Position numbers and translations under genes: made by a program | Origin: Arcobacteraceae bacterium | Lineage (GTDB): Bacteria; Campylobacterota; Campylobacteria; Campylobacterales; Arcobacteraceae | Length of the DNA: 64,000 nucleotides | Assembly: GCA_963662945.1 (NCBI GenBank) | Contig: OY759974.1 | Span: 2,400,001-2,464,000 of the forward strand | Reading direction: 5' to 3' | The notes under the pieces: model-generated | Told to the model about the DNA's origin: nothing | The model's database searches: none | Seen by the model: only the letters and a program-made list of their open reading frames with translations | Part shown: piece after piece, positions 50,154 to 60,274 of the stretch | Layout of the letters: each line of letters opens with the position of its first letter | How positions within the stretch are numbered: position 1 is the first letter of the stretch

Positions 50154-50941
50154 TTGTTTTCTAATTGTTGTAGTTTTGTAAAATATACATGCCCTAAATA
50201 AATAATATAAAATACAGAGATAAAAAAAGCTACAAATGGAATAAGAGAGATTACATATAAAAATATTGTACGAAGTCTCATACTCCCTTTATCATTATAA
50301 TAAATTTGAATAAACTGCTCTTTTGATGTGATAGTAGAAGCTATATCAAAATGAAGCATCTTGTGAAAAAAGTAATAAAAAGGTAGATTGATAGCGATAA
50401 TATTTACTAATGGTATAAAATAAAATGGTATTAAAACAATAAGTAAAAGTATCATCACTAAAGCTGTTTTTATAATCTTTCCTATACCATCTATGATACT
50501 AAAATTTGATTCAACTTCTAAATTCTCATAATGTCGTTTATGGATGATTGCTAATATTCTTGGAGTTAAAAATCCTATAATGATAAGTGAAACAAAAATA
50601 GAAAGATACCCTATGGCAAAAAGTCCAACAGTATAAACTAAAAAGCTTACTATCCAAGATGTGACAGTATATTTCAGTAAAAAGTCTAAGATATTATTCC
50701 CTGTGTAACTTTCATGAGTACTTGATTCTATCACTTCAGCATTTTGTACTTGAGTTTGGTGTTGTTCTATTTGTATTTGTGCATTTTCTAAAGCATCAAG
50801 TCCAAAACTTGCTGCTGAGAAAAATACTATATATAAGACCAATGCACTTCCAAGAAGTGGATAGAGTATCATTGTGAGCATCTCTTTTGTTAAATAGTCT
50901 TCTATACTTTTATTAAATATTTTAATTTCACTCATTATCAA
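50150..50941 (-). CDS. EI24/CysZ-like membrane protein
   Basis: Multi-TM protein with IIGFLTP and LIPFYFIPLVN. Confidence 0.7.
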   Translation of the reverse strand: MIMSEIKIFNKSIEDYLTKEMLTMILYPLLGSALVLYIVFFSAASFGLDALENAQIQIEQHQTQVQNAEVIESSTHESYTGNNILDFLLKYTVTSWIVSFLVYTVGLFAIGYLSIFVSLIIIGFLTPRILAIIHKRHYENLEVESNFSIIDGIGKIIKTALVMILLLIVLIPFYFIPLVNIIAINLPFYYFFHKMLHFDIASTITSKEQFIQIYYNDKGSMRLRTIFLYVISLIPFVAFFISVFYIIYLGHVYFTKLQQLENN

Positions 50942-50949
50942 CCTTAATA

Positions 50950-51615
50950 TTATTGATGAAAAGTTGCAAAATCATCTAAAGATATTCTAGGTGTTCTGTA
51001 ATTATTGATTATATTATTTGTATCTTCATAACCTAAAGCCATACCACAAAGTAGTATTTTATTATTTGGTATATTGAGTTCTTCTTTTACAATATCAGGA
51101 TATTGGGCAAGTGCAGCTTGTGTACAAGTTCCAAGTCCAAGTTCTACAGCACTTAACATAACAGATTGTAAAAACATTCCATAGTCTAAATAAGAACCTT
51201 TTTCTAAGAAATCATCAATAAAAAAATACAAAACAACAGGTGCATCAAAAGCTCTATAGTTTTTAAGCCATTGATTGAATTGTTTTTCTTTATCTTCTCT
51301 TTTAATATCTAAAGTTGAATACATCAAAAGACCAGTTTCTTTTCTACGTGTTTTATAAGGTTCTTCCCATTTTAAAGGATAGTAATTATAATCCATTCTT
51401 TCAGGTTCATTTTGCGTAAAAGCTTCAACCATTTTATTTTCAATAGTTTTCTTTTTATCTCCACTTACTATTGCTACTTGCCATGGTTGCATATTTACCC
51501 CTGATGGAGCGTGTTTTGCAGTTTTAAGAATTGTGTTGATTTTCTCTTGCTCAACATCTTTTTTTAAAAATGCTCGTACAGATTTTCTTTGTTTAATTGT
51601 TTCTAATATGTTCAT
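50950..51615 (-). CDS. Nitroreductase family protein
   Basis: RKSVRAF, APSGVNMQPW, FDAPV and GLGTC. Confidence 0.92.
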   Translation of the reverse strand: MNILETIKQRKSVRAFLKKDVEQEKINTILKTAKHAPSGVNMQPWQVAIVSGDKKKTIENKMVEAFTQNEPERMDYNYYPLKWEEPYKTRRKETGLLMYSTLDIKREDKEKQFNQWLKNYRAFDAPVVLYFFIDDFLEKGSYLDYGMFLQSVMLSAVELGLGTCTQAALAQYPDIVKEELNIPNNKILLCGMALGYEDTNNIINNYRTPRISLDDFATFHQ

Positions 51616-51693
51616 GGTGAGTATTATACCTAAAATTCATTTTCATTTCATTTAGATTTAATAAAATCCATTTTTTTAAGATTAGGAGAAAAA

Positions 51694-53301
51694 TTGAGAA
51701 ACATATCACAAGGAAAACTAGTATTTCTAGTTGCTTTATTTTTAGTTATTTTTGATAATGTATCATTTTTTACAAATGTTACAGAAGTGTATCCATTGAG
51801 TGGAAATAACATATATTTTATTGGTTCATTAGTAGTTGTTTTATTATTCTTTACCAATATATTATTAACATTGTTAAGTTCAAAATATACAACGAAATTA
51901 TTCTTAATACTAATAGTTTTAATTTCAGCGTTTACAAATTATTTTATGAATACCTATAGTGTTGTTATTGATGATAGTATGATACAAAATTCATTGCAAA
52001 CAAACTTTGCAGAGTCTTTAGATTTGTTTAGTTTACAGCTTCTTGCGTATGCCTTTTTTCTAGGAGTAATTCCCGCATATATTATATATAAGCTTCCAAT
52101 TGAATATAAAAGTTTTAAACAAGAAAGTTATGCAAAATTCAAATCAATTATACTCTCTTTGATCATTATAGTGATATTGGTATTGAGTTTTAGTAAATAC
52201 TATACTTCATTTTTTAGAGAACATAAAACACTAAGATACCATACAAATCCTACTTACTGGATGTATAGTTTGGGAAAATATATTAATACAACTTTTAACA
52301 GTGCACCAACAGTAGTACAATCAATTGGAGATGATGCAAAAATTTCAGAAACAATGAATGAAAAAAAAGAATTAGTTATTCTTGTTGTTGGGGAAGCAGC
52401 CCGTGCTGATAGATTTTCATTAAATGGTTATGAAAAAGAGACAAATCCATTATTGAAAAAAGAAGATATCATAAATTTCTCAAATGTCTCATCATGCGGA
52501 ACTTCTACAGCTGTATCAGTGCCTTGTATGTTTTCAATTTTTGGAAAAGATGATTATGATTATAAAAAAGGAATTGGTACACAAAATATTTTAGATGTGA
52601 TTTCAAAATCTGGAGTTGAAGTACTTTGGAGAGATAATAATTCAGATTCAAAGGGTGTAGCTTTAAGAGTTTCGTTTGAAGATTATAGAACACCCCAACG
52701 AAATACTATTTGTGTAGATGGAGAGTGTAGAGATATAGGTATGCTTGTGGGACTTGATAAGTTTATTGAAAAAAATAAAGGGAAAGATATTCTCATAGTC
52801 TTACACCAAATGGGAAATCACGGACCAGCATATTATAAAAGATATCCAAAAGAGTTTGAAAAATTTACGCCAGTTTGTAAAACAAATCAGTTAGAACAGT
52901 GTACAAAAGAGGAATTGAGTAATGCTTATGATAACGCAATACTCTATACAGATTATTTTCTTTCTCATGTGATTAATTTTTTAAAACCTTATGGAAATAC
53001 ACATGAAACGGCAATGATATACTTAAGTGATCATGGAGAGAGTTTAGGTGAAAATGGATTATATTTACATGGTATGCCATATTTTATGGCTCCTGAGTCT
53101 CAAACAAAAGTTGGAGCAATGATGTGGTTTGGTAGTGAAGATATAAAAGAAGATGTGAATGTAGATAAATTAAAAACATATAGAGATAAACCTTTTTCTC
53201 AGGATTATTTATTTAGTACTTTATTAAATATTTTTGAAGTTGATACAAAACTTTATGATAAAAAGTTAGATATATTATATGACGCTACAAAATCTCAATA
53301 A
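51694..53301 (+). CDS. eptA: Lipid A phosphoethanolamine transferase
   Basis: 5 TMs plus VVGEAARAD, SCGTSTAVSVPCMFS, LHQMGNHGP and SDHGESLGE..YLHG. Confidence 0.93.
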   Translation: MRNISQGKLVFLVALFLVIFDNVSFFTNVTEVYPLSGNNIYFIGSLVVVLLFFTNILLTLLSSKYTTKLFLILIVLISAFTNYFMNTYSVVIDDSMIQNSLQTNFAESLDLFSLQLLAYAFFLGVIPAYIIYKLPIEYKSFKQESYAKFKSIILSLIIIVILVLSFSKYYTSFFREHKTLRYHTNPTYWMYSLGKYINTTFNSAPTVVQSIGDDAKISETMNEKKELVILVVGEAARADRFSLNGYEKETNPLLKKEDIINFSNVSSCGTSTAVSVPCMFSIFGKDDYDYKKGIGTQNILDVISKSGVEVLWRDNNSDSKGVALRVSFEDYRTPQRNTICVDGECRDIGMLVGLDKFIEKNKGKDILIVLHQMGNHGPAYYKRYPKEFEKFTPVCKTNQLEQCTKEELSNAYDNAILYTDYFLSHVINFLKPYGNTHETAMIYLSDHGESLGENGLYLHGMPYFMAPESQTKVGAMMWFGSEDIKEDVNVDKLKTYRDKPFSQDYLFSTLLNIFEVDTKLYDKKLDILYDATKSQ

Positions 53302-53986
53302 ACAGATACTTATAACTTTTATTGTTTTAGTATTTATTATTATATTATTTGGTATAACCAACATTGATGAGATTGTACAAGATAGTTTTTATAATTTTAG
53401 TACAAATCAATGGATTTTAGATAGAGAGTTACAACCATATAAGTTTGTATTTTATGATGGAATTAAAAAGTTTTTAATTTTTATAGTGGTTATATTAATT
53501 ACTGTATCTTTATTATTTTGGAAAACAAAATTAATACAAGAGTATAAAAAAGGTATTTTTGTGGTTGTATTATCTTCAATTTTTATTCCACTTATAGTGG
53601 GTGGATTAAAAAAATGTACAAATATGCCTTGTCCAAAACATCTAGTAACATATGGTGGTGAGTATCCTAAAACAAAAGTATGGGAAACATATCCTGACTC
53701 ATTTCAAATAGAAAAAAAAGTGAAATGTTGGCCAGCAGGACATGCAAGTGGTGGATTTGCATTATTGAGTTTATTCTTTTTATTTAAAAGTAGAAAAAAT
53801 AAATTGCTATCATTAATCTTTGCATTAGGTATAGGATGGAGTATGGGAACTTACAAAATGCTCATCGGTGATCACTTTTTAAGTCATACTATTTTAACTA
53901 TGATTATTGCTTGGTTAATTATACTATGTATTGTAACCATTACAGAAAAGTTCAATAGAAAAAATATGAAGGAATCAAATGAATAA
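53279..53986 (+). CDS. PAP2-family phosphatase
   Basis: K..TNMPCP, CWPAGHAS and GDHFLSH. Confidence 0.88.
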   Translation: MTLQNLNKQILITFIVLVFIIILFGITNIDEIVQDSFYNFSTNQWILDRELQPYKFVFYDGIKKFLIFIVVILITVSLLFWKTKLIQEYKKGIFVVVLSSIFIPLIVGGLKKCTNMPCPKHLVTYGGEYPKTKVWETYPDSFQIEKKVKCWPAGHASGGFALLSLFFLFKSRKNKLLSLIFALGIGWSMGTYKMLIGDHFLSHTILTMIIAWLIILCIVTITEKFNRKNMKESNE

Positions 53987-54329
53987 TAAACCAAAATACC
54001 ATTTATTTAAAAATACACAATATGCACTCGATGGTTTAAAACATATTTTAAAAACAGAGAACTCTTTTAAACTAGAACTAATACTGGGTATTTTTATATT
54101 TAGTGCAATATATATTATTGACATAGCATTGATTTACAAATTAGTGTTGGTTGTAACTGCATTTATTGTTTTGATAACAGAATTATTAAATAGTGCAATT
54201 GAAAATGTCGTAGATTTGGTTACAAAAGATATACATCCACTTGCTAAAACTTCGAAAGATATAGGTTCAACTGCTGTTATGTTTAGTATTATCTTACATC
54301 TTTTATGTTGGTTTTTTATTTTAATATAA
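53979..54329 (+). CDS. dgkA: Diacylglycerol kinase
   Basis: ELLNSAIENVVD and AKTSKDIGS. Confidence 0.9.
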   Translation: MNNKPKYHLFKNTQYALDGLKHILKTENSFKLELILGIFIFSAIYIIDIALIYKLVLVVTAFIVLITELLNSAIENVVDLVTKDIHPLAKTSKDIGSTAVMFSIILHLLCWFFILI

Positions 54330-54377
54330 TCATTAAGCTAATTTAGATAGTATAAGTAATTATTATACTTTAAGGAT

Positions 54378-54773
54378 ATGATTATGAAAAAACTATTTAT
54401 ATTACTAATGTTAAGTTTACCTTTTCTAGTAGCAAATGCCAATGAAGATGCCGCAATTGCAAACTATAAAAAAACCTGTAAAAAATGTCACGGTAGTGCT
54501 TATTATGTTGCTAAAGAAAGAACAACGCAGGAGTGGAAAGAATTATTTGATAATAATGGTAAAAAACTTTATGAGGCACATTTTAAAGATAAAAAAGCTA
54601 CTCAAAAACTCAATTCAAATTATTTTATTAAACGAAGAGAAGATTTACAAGAATTTCTTATGAAAAATGGGAAAGATAGTGGAGTAGTTCCTCCTTGTAA
54701 TAGTACAACTTGTGGTTTTTATGTTAAAGTCCCACCAAAAGATAAAAAGCCAACACCTGGACTTTTTAAATAG
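54378..54773 (+). CDS. Periplasmic monoheme cytochrome c
   Basis: Signal peptide, CKKCH and DSGVVPPC. Confidence 0.8.
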   Translation: MIMKKLFILLMLSLPFLVANANEDAAIANYKKTCKKCHGSAYYVAKERTTQEWKELFDNNGKKLYEAHFKDKKATQKLNSNYFIKRREDLQEFLMKNGKDSGVVPPCNSTTCGFYVKVPPKDKKPTPGLFK

Positions 54774-54788
54774 ATAAAATTAAAATAA

Positions 54789-54815
54789 TTAGCACTTGAA
54801 TTACAAAAGTGCCAA
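54789..54815. promoter_or_regulatory. CIRCE-like (HrcA) operator upstream of htpG
   Basis: TTAGCACTT-N9-AAGTGCCAA versus consensus TTAGCACTC-N9-GAGTGCTAA. Confidence 0.7.
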
Positions 54816-54909
54816 TTATTTTTAAAACTTTAGCTTTCTTTTATAAACTTATGTTAATATTTCAGTTCAATAATTTAAAATATTAATTAAGTAATAAAGG
54901 AAAAATAAT

Positions 54910-56814
54910 ATGGCAAAACATGAATTTCAAACTGAAGTAGGGCAGTTGTTACAACTTATGACTCACTCTTTATACTCAAATAAAGAAATTTTCATAAGAG
55001 AGTTAGTATCAAATGCAAGTGATGCTATTGATAAACTAAACTATTTAAGACTAACAGAAGATAATTTAAAAGAAAAATACGCGGACTTTAAAGGTCAAAT
55101 CAATATTAAACTTGATGAAGAAGACAACTCTATAACTATTGCAGATAATGGTTTAGGGATGAATGAAGAAGATTTAATTGCTTCTATTGGTACTATTGCA
55201 AAATCTGGTACAAAATCATTTGTTGAAGCTTTAAGTGGAGATGCTAAAAAAGATAGTAACTTAATCGGTCAATTTGGTGTTGGTTTTTACTCTGTATTTA
55301 TGGTAGCAGATAAAGTTGATGTTATCTCTAAAAAAGCGGGAGAAGAACAAGCTTACAAATGGACAAGTGATGGAACAGGAAGTTATGACTTAAATCCTTG
55401 TGTAAAAGATGAATCAGGTACTGTAATTTACATCAAGTTAAAAGAAGAAGAAAGAAGTGATTATACTTCAAAATACAGAGTTGAATCTGTAGTTAAAAAA
55501 TACTCAAATCATATTGCATACCCAATTTTCTTGAACTACAACGAAGAGGTAACTGAAGAGTTAAGTGAAGAGGATAAAAAAGCTGGTAAAGAGGCTAAAA
55601 AATCTATTGAGAAAAAAAGAGAACAAATCAATGAAGCTACAGCACTTTGGACACAACCAAAAGCTAACTTAAAAGCTGAGGATTACAACGAATTCTATAA
55701 AACAATCTCTCATGATAGCGATGAGCCACTTGTTTATGTACACACAAAAGCAGAAGGTGTAAGTGAATATACAACATTATTTTATATTCCTAAAAAAGCA
55801 CCAATGGATATGTATAGAGTAGATTTCCAACCAGGTGTTAAACTCTATGTAAAAAGAGTATTTATCACAGATAGTGAGAAAGAGTTATTACCTACATATT
55901 TAAGATTTGTTAGAGGTATTATTGATAGTGAAGATTTACCATTAAATGTTTCAAGAGAGTTATTACAAGAAAACAGAGTTATGGCAAATATCAAACAATC
56001 TTCAGTGAAAAAGATCCTTTCAGAGATTAAAAAGCTAGCTAAAGATGAAGAAAAATATAAAGATTTTATAAAAGAATACAATAGACCTTTAAAAGAGGGT
56101 GTTTACCAAGATTATACAAATAAAGATGCAATTTTAGAACTTCTAAGATATAAATCTACAAATGATACAGAAGCTATGACTTCACTAGCTGCATATAAAG
56201 AGAGAGCCAATAGTGAACAAAAAGCTATTTACTATATTATTGGAGATAATGAAAAAGTTCTTAGAAATTCACCATTACTTGAAAGTTACAAGAAAAACAA
56301 TATAGAAGTTTTAATTCTTGATGACAAAGAAATCGATGAGATTATCACACCATCGATTGGTGCATATCAAGAGTGGGATTTAAAAGATATTACATCTTGT
56401 GAAGCTCCAAAAACAGAGCAAACAGAAGAAGAGAAAAAAGAGGTTGAAGAAAAATTTAAATCAATCATCGAAAAAATCAAAGGTGTATTAGGTGAAGCAG
56501 TAAAAGAGGTAAAAACAACTACTAGACTTTCTGATTCTCCATCGTGTGTAGTAAAAGATCCTAATGATCCTATGGCTTCAATGGCACATATGTTTAGACA
56601 AATGGGACAAGAGATTCCAGAATCTGCACCAATTCTTGAAATTAACCCAGACCATGCAATTGTACAGTCTTTAAACGGTTGTGCAGATGATGCAATGATT
56701 GAAGATGTTTCTTGGTTACTGTTAGACCAAGCAAAAATGTCTGAAGGAATGGAGATAAAAGATTCCGTTGCATTTACTCAAAGATTAAATAGAGTTATGG
56801 CTAAAGCTTTCTAA
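54910..56814 (+). CDS. htpG: Chaperone HtpG (Hsp90)
   Basis: YSNKEIFIRELVSNASDA, IGQFGVGFYS and LPLNVSRE. Confidence 0.97.
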   Translation: MAKHEFQTEVGQLLQLMTHSLYSNKEIFIRELVSNASDAIDKLNYLRLTEDNLKEKYADFKGQINIKLDEEDNSITIADNGLGMNEEDLIASIGTIAKSGTKSFVEALSGDAKKDSNLIGQFGVGFYSVFMVADKVDVISKKAGEEQAYKWTSDGTGSYDLNPCVKDESGTVIYIKLKEEERSDYTSKYRVESVVKKYSNHIAYPIFLNYNEEVTEELSEEDKKAGKEAKKSIEKKREQINEATALWTQPKANLKAEDYNEFYKTISHDSDEPLVYVHTKAEGVSEYTTLFYIPKKAPMDMYRVDFQPGVKLYVKRVFITDSEKELLPTYLRFVRGIIDSEDLPLNVSRELLQENRVMANIKQSSVKKILSEIKKLAKDEEKYKDFIKEYNRPLKEGVYQDYTNKDAILELLRYKSTNDTEAMTSLAAYKERANSEQKAIYYIIGDNEKVLRNSPLLESYKKNNIEVLILDDKEIDEIITPSIGAYQEWDLKDITSCEAPKTEQTEEEKKEVEEKFKSIIEKIKGVLGEAVKEVKTTTRLSDSPSCVVKDPNDPMASMAHMFRQMGQEIPESAPILEINPDHAIVQSLNGCADDAMIEDVSWLLLDQAKMSEGMEIKDSVAFTQRLNRVMAKAF

Positions 56815-56836
56815 GGGAAGATTTAACTAATCTTAT

Positions 56837-56873
56837 AAAGGGTTTCTAATATTTATTTAGAAGCCCTTTTTTT
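56837..56873 (+). terminator. htpG terminator
   Basis: AAAGGGTTTCTAA...TTAGAAGCCC followed by T7. Confidence 0.75.
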
Positions 56874-56912
56874 ATGCACCAAAGAGTAAAATTCAATAAA
56901 AAAGGATTTGTC

Positions 56913-57485
56913 ATGGTTAAATATATTTTGTATATCTCTACTCTTCTTATATTGTCTGGTTGTGTAAAACCTTATTTAGAACATACACAAGAGCATCAAC
57001 TGACTATTAATAATGATAATAAATCATTCAATATTCCAATTACAAATCAAAAAAAGCATAAGTTTAATTACGCAGTCTCAGATGGTTTTACTTTGAGTGA
57101 AAAAACATTTCATTTAGAATATATTGAGTTAAGAAGCGGATATGATTGGGCTGGTTTGGCAGATGGGTATTATCAAGACTTATTAAGAAAAAGAATCAAA
57201 GGGTTAAAAAAAGTATCTCATGAAGTAGTTGATCTAGCAGATATTTTTTTATTTACAAAAGATGGAAAATATTTCTATCTAGTAACTTTATATGGTGGGA
57301 GTAGTAATACTTTTATTATAGACTACACTGGGGATATTGTTACAAAAATAGTAGGAAAAGATAAATATATTGCAAAAAGTGAACAATTTGATACACGATT
57401 TGAAGAAAGTATGATTGATAATGATATAATTGCTCATTATTTTAAAAGTAATGATGGCAGTGAACAAGATGGCGTATTACCATAA
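56913..57485 (+). CDS. Hypothetical lipoprotein
   Basis: ATG 56913 after AAGGA; lipobox LSGC. Confidence 0.7.
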   Translation: MVKYILYISTLLILSGCVKPYLEHTQEHQLTINNDNKSFNIPITNQKKHKFNYAVSDGFTLSEKTFHLEYIELRSGYDWAGLADGYYQDLLRKRIKGLKKVSHEVVDLADIFLFTKDGKYFYLVTLYGGSSNTFIIDYTGDIVTKIVGKDKYIAKSEQFDTRFEESMIDNDIIAHYFKSNDGSEQDGVLP

Positions 57486-57500
57486 TAGGGAGAAAAAGTA

Positions 57501-57884
57501 TTGAAAAAAGTTGAAATAGAGAAGCCAGAAGAATATCTAGCTTTAGTTGCACAAAAAGCAAAAGAGTATTTATATCATGATCATCCAACGGAAGGGATTG
57601 ATTTTTTTTGTGATGATGAATTAGAAGATATTGGTTGGCACTCTAGTGTTTTTGAGTTTATAACATATCGAGATATTGCAGAGTTTATAGAAGAAAACTG
57701 TGAGGGTACACTTACTTTTAATGACCATCCAATGGGATTTAACGGTTTTGTAGAAGTTGATAATATCGAAGATGTACGGCAAAAAGTAAAACAATTTGTT
57801 GTTGAAAAAATAAAAAGTAATAAACTAGATGAATATGATGATGATCAACAAGAGTCGTTACAGTTTTTTGGTATTGCGATTTAA
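57501..57884 (+). CDS. Acidic hypothetical protein
   Basis: 127-aa ORF, TTG start after GGGAG. Confidence 0.65.
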   Translation: MKKVEIEKPEEYLALVAQKAKEYLYHDHPTEGIDFFCDDELEDIGWHSSVFEFITYRDIAEFIEENCEGTLTFNDHPMGFNGFVEVDNIEDVRQKVKQFVVEKIKSNKLDEYDDDQQESLQFFGIAI

Positions 57885-57927
57885 TTGGTTTGAATTACTA
57901 GTTTAATTAGAATTTGAAGGGGAAGAA

Positions 57928-58134
57928 ATGAAATCAACAAAAAAATATTCAGACAAAGAAAAAAGTTCTATTTTTGATAAGATAATAGATCCCAAAGACA
58001 AAGATAGAAGTTTAAAAATATTTGCAATAAGTTCAGTTGCTATTTTAGTGTTGCTTGTATTGATATCTTTATTATTTGGGAATGGTGGTTTTTCTGGTGA
58101 CTTTGGAACTATTGTAAATACTTATAAAGAATAG
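57928..58134 (+). CDS. Small membrane protein
   Basis: 68 aa, one TM, purine-rich RBS. Confidence 0.6.
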   Translation: MKSTKKYSDKEKSSIFDKIIDPKDKDRSLKIFAISSVAILVLLVLISLLFGNGGFSGDFGTIVNTYKE

Positions 58135-58212
58135 AATTTTATTTTACAGATAAACTTTAAAAAACAGTATCAAGTTAAATGCATCGTGTTATTATAAAGT
58201 AAAACAGAAGGA

Positions 58213-59424
58213 TTAAAAATCCTCTATTTTTATAGTTGTTTCTTCTTGAGTAGTTAAGTTTTTTACCCAAATAGTGTTATTTGAAATTTCTGTCTCTCCT
58301 ACTAGAGCAACAGTTGTGGCACCTTGTTTTTGTGCGTTGTTTAAGTGTTTTGAAAAGCCTCTACTTTTATAATCTGTTATTACTTTACCTTGTGCTCTTT
58401 TTGTATTTACTAAAGAAAATACTCTATCAAGTGCTTCTTCACTCATAGCACCTATGTATAAAACTTCTTCTTGTGTTTGTTTCATCACGATAAGTTCAAG
58501 AAGTCTTTCAATTCCTATAGCAAACCCAACAGCAGGTGTTGTTTGTCCACCTAAAAACTCTACAAGTCTATCATATCTTCCACCACCAGCTATGGCACTT
58601 TGGGCTCCAATATTATCACTTACAAACTCAAAAGCTGTTTTTGTATAGTAATCAAGTCCACGAACTAAATTTGAGTCAATTTGATAAGCTACACCATTTG
58701 TATCTAAAATCTTTTTGAGTTTTTCAAAATCAGCATCACAAACACCACATAAATTATCTGTGATTTTTGGTGCATCTGTTAAGTTTGTTTGACAATTTTC
58801 ATTTTTACAATCAAGTACTCGTATAGGATTTAATGATTTTCTTCGTACACAATCATCACATAAATCAAGTGTATCTAAATGTTCTACTAAACTATCTCTA
58901 TATGCAGGCATACACTCTTTACATCCAAGAGAATTTAACTGTAGTTTGTATCCTATTTCAAAGAATTTTAACATCTCATCTATCATCAAAATAATTGAAG
59001 CATCTTCATAAACGCTAGCTTCTCCAAATGATTCACAACCAAATTGGTGAAACTCTCGAAGTCTTCCTTTTTGTGGTCTTTCATATCGAAACATTGGTCC
59101 TGTGTAATAAACTCTTTGTATACCACCAGCTCTGTCTTTTTTGTTTTGTACGAACCATCTTACAACCCCAGCAGTTCCCTCTGGTCGTAAACAAACATCG
59201 TTTTCACCTTTGTCTATAAACTGATACATCTCTTTTGAAACGATATCACTACTTTCTCCAACACTTCTTTTAAAAAGTGCTGTCTCTTCTAAAATTGGTG
59301 TTTCGATATAACTATATCCATATTTTTTTGCAATTCTTGAACAGTTTTCTATAAAATATGTAAATAGTTCACTTTCATTGTCTATAATATCTTTCATACC
59401 TCGTAGGCTTTGAATATTTGCCAT
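58213..59424 (-). CDS. hisS: Histidine--tRNA ligase
   Basis: LRPEGTA, FRYERPQKGRLREFHQ, RGLDYY and GGGRYD. Confidence 0.97.
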   Translation of the reverse strand: MANIQSLRGMKDIIDNESELFTYFIENCSRIAKKYGYSYIETPILEETALFKRSVGESSDIVSKEMYQFIDKGENDVCLRPEGTAGVVRWFVQNKKDRAGGIQRVYYTGPMFRYERPQKGRLREFHQFGCESFGEASVYEDASIILMIDEMLKFFEIGYKLQLNSLGCKECMPAYRDSLVEHLDTLDLCDDCVRRKSLNPIRVLDCKNENCQTNLTDAPKITDNLCGVCDADFEKLKKILDTNGVAYQIDSNLVRGLDYYTKTAFEFVSDNIGAQSAIAGGGRYDRLVEFLGGQTTPAVGFAIGIERLLELIVMKQTQEEVLYIGAMSEEALDRVFSLVNTKRAQGKVITDYKSRGFSKHLNNAQKQGATTVALVGETEISNNTIWVKNLTTQEETTIKIEDF

Positions 59425-59479
59425 CAGTCTCTATTCCTTACTTTGTTATTTCTAGTGCTTATTATATTTTGGAAGGGTA

Positions 59480-60274
59480 TCACAAACTTGCTTTTAAGTT
59501 GATATAATGGCTTTTTAATTCATCATTTCCATGTTTGATAGCACCATTTATCAAAATATCACATCTTTTTATGACTTCTTGTTTCACTTCGTTTTTATAG
59601 TTACTTTGAAGATGTTTTAGTAATGCTTGGATTCTATAACTATCCATAAGAGGTGTTTCAAATGAAAGTTGTCCACTATGACCTGCTATTTTTGTGATAA
59701 GTTTTTCATTGATTAAGCCTAGCTCATACTTATCAAGTATTCTAAGCCACAAATCATAATCTTCACAAGCTTTTAACGCTTCATCAAATAATCCAACATC
59801 ATCAAAAATAGATTTATGACACATCACAGTTGATGCACCTATAAGTGTATTTAGTATATTTTCTTTAAAGCAAAATCCACTAGGTTTAAGCTGGTGTTTT
59901 TTTTGTTTGATGATTTTGTTATTAAATAGCCAAAGTTCATCAGTGTGTGAGAAAAGAATGTGTGAATTGGTTTTATGAAAAGCTATTTGTTTTTCTATCT
60001 TATTTGACTCCCAAATATCATCACTATCTAAAAAACATATCCAATCATTTTGTGCTTTTTGTATCCCTTGGTTTCTAGCACTGCTTACCCCTTGATTTTC
60101 TTGGTAAATATATTTGACTGGATATTTGTCTACAAGTTGCTTTGTATTATCTGTTGAACCATCATCTACAACTATAATTTCATCCACTTTTACAGTTTGA
60201 TGAAGGGCTGAAAGTAGGGTGGTTTCTAAATGTGTTGCACGATTATAGGTTGGAATTATAAGTGATATTTTCAT
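59480..60274 (-). CDS. Glycosyltransferase family 2
   Basis: IIPTYNR, VVDDGSTD, FLDSDD and EDYDLWLR. Confidence 0.92.
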   Translation of the reverse strand: MKISLIIPTYNRATHLETTLLSALHQTVKVDEIIVVDDGSTDNTKQLVDKYPVKYIYQENQGVSSARNQGIQKAQNDWICFLDSDDIWESNKIEKQIAFHKTNSHILFSHTDELWLFNNKIIKQKKHQLKPSGFCFKENILNTLIGASTVMCHKSIFDDVGLFDEALKACEDYDLWLRILDKYELGLINEKLITKIAGHSGQLSFETPLMDSYRIQALLKHLQSNYKNEVKQEVIKRCDILINGAIKHGNDELKSHYINLKASL

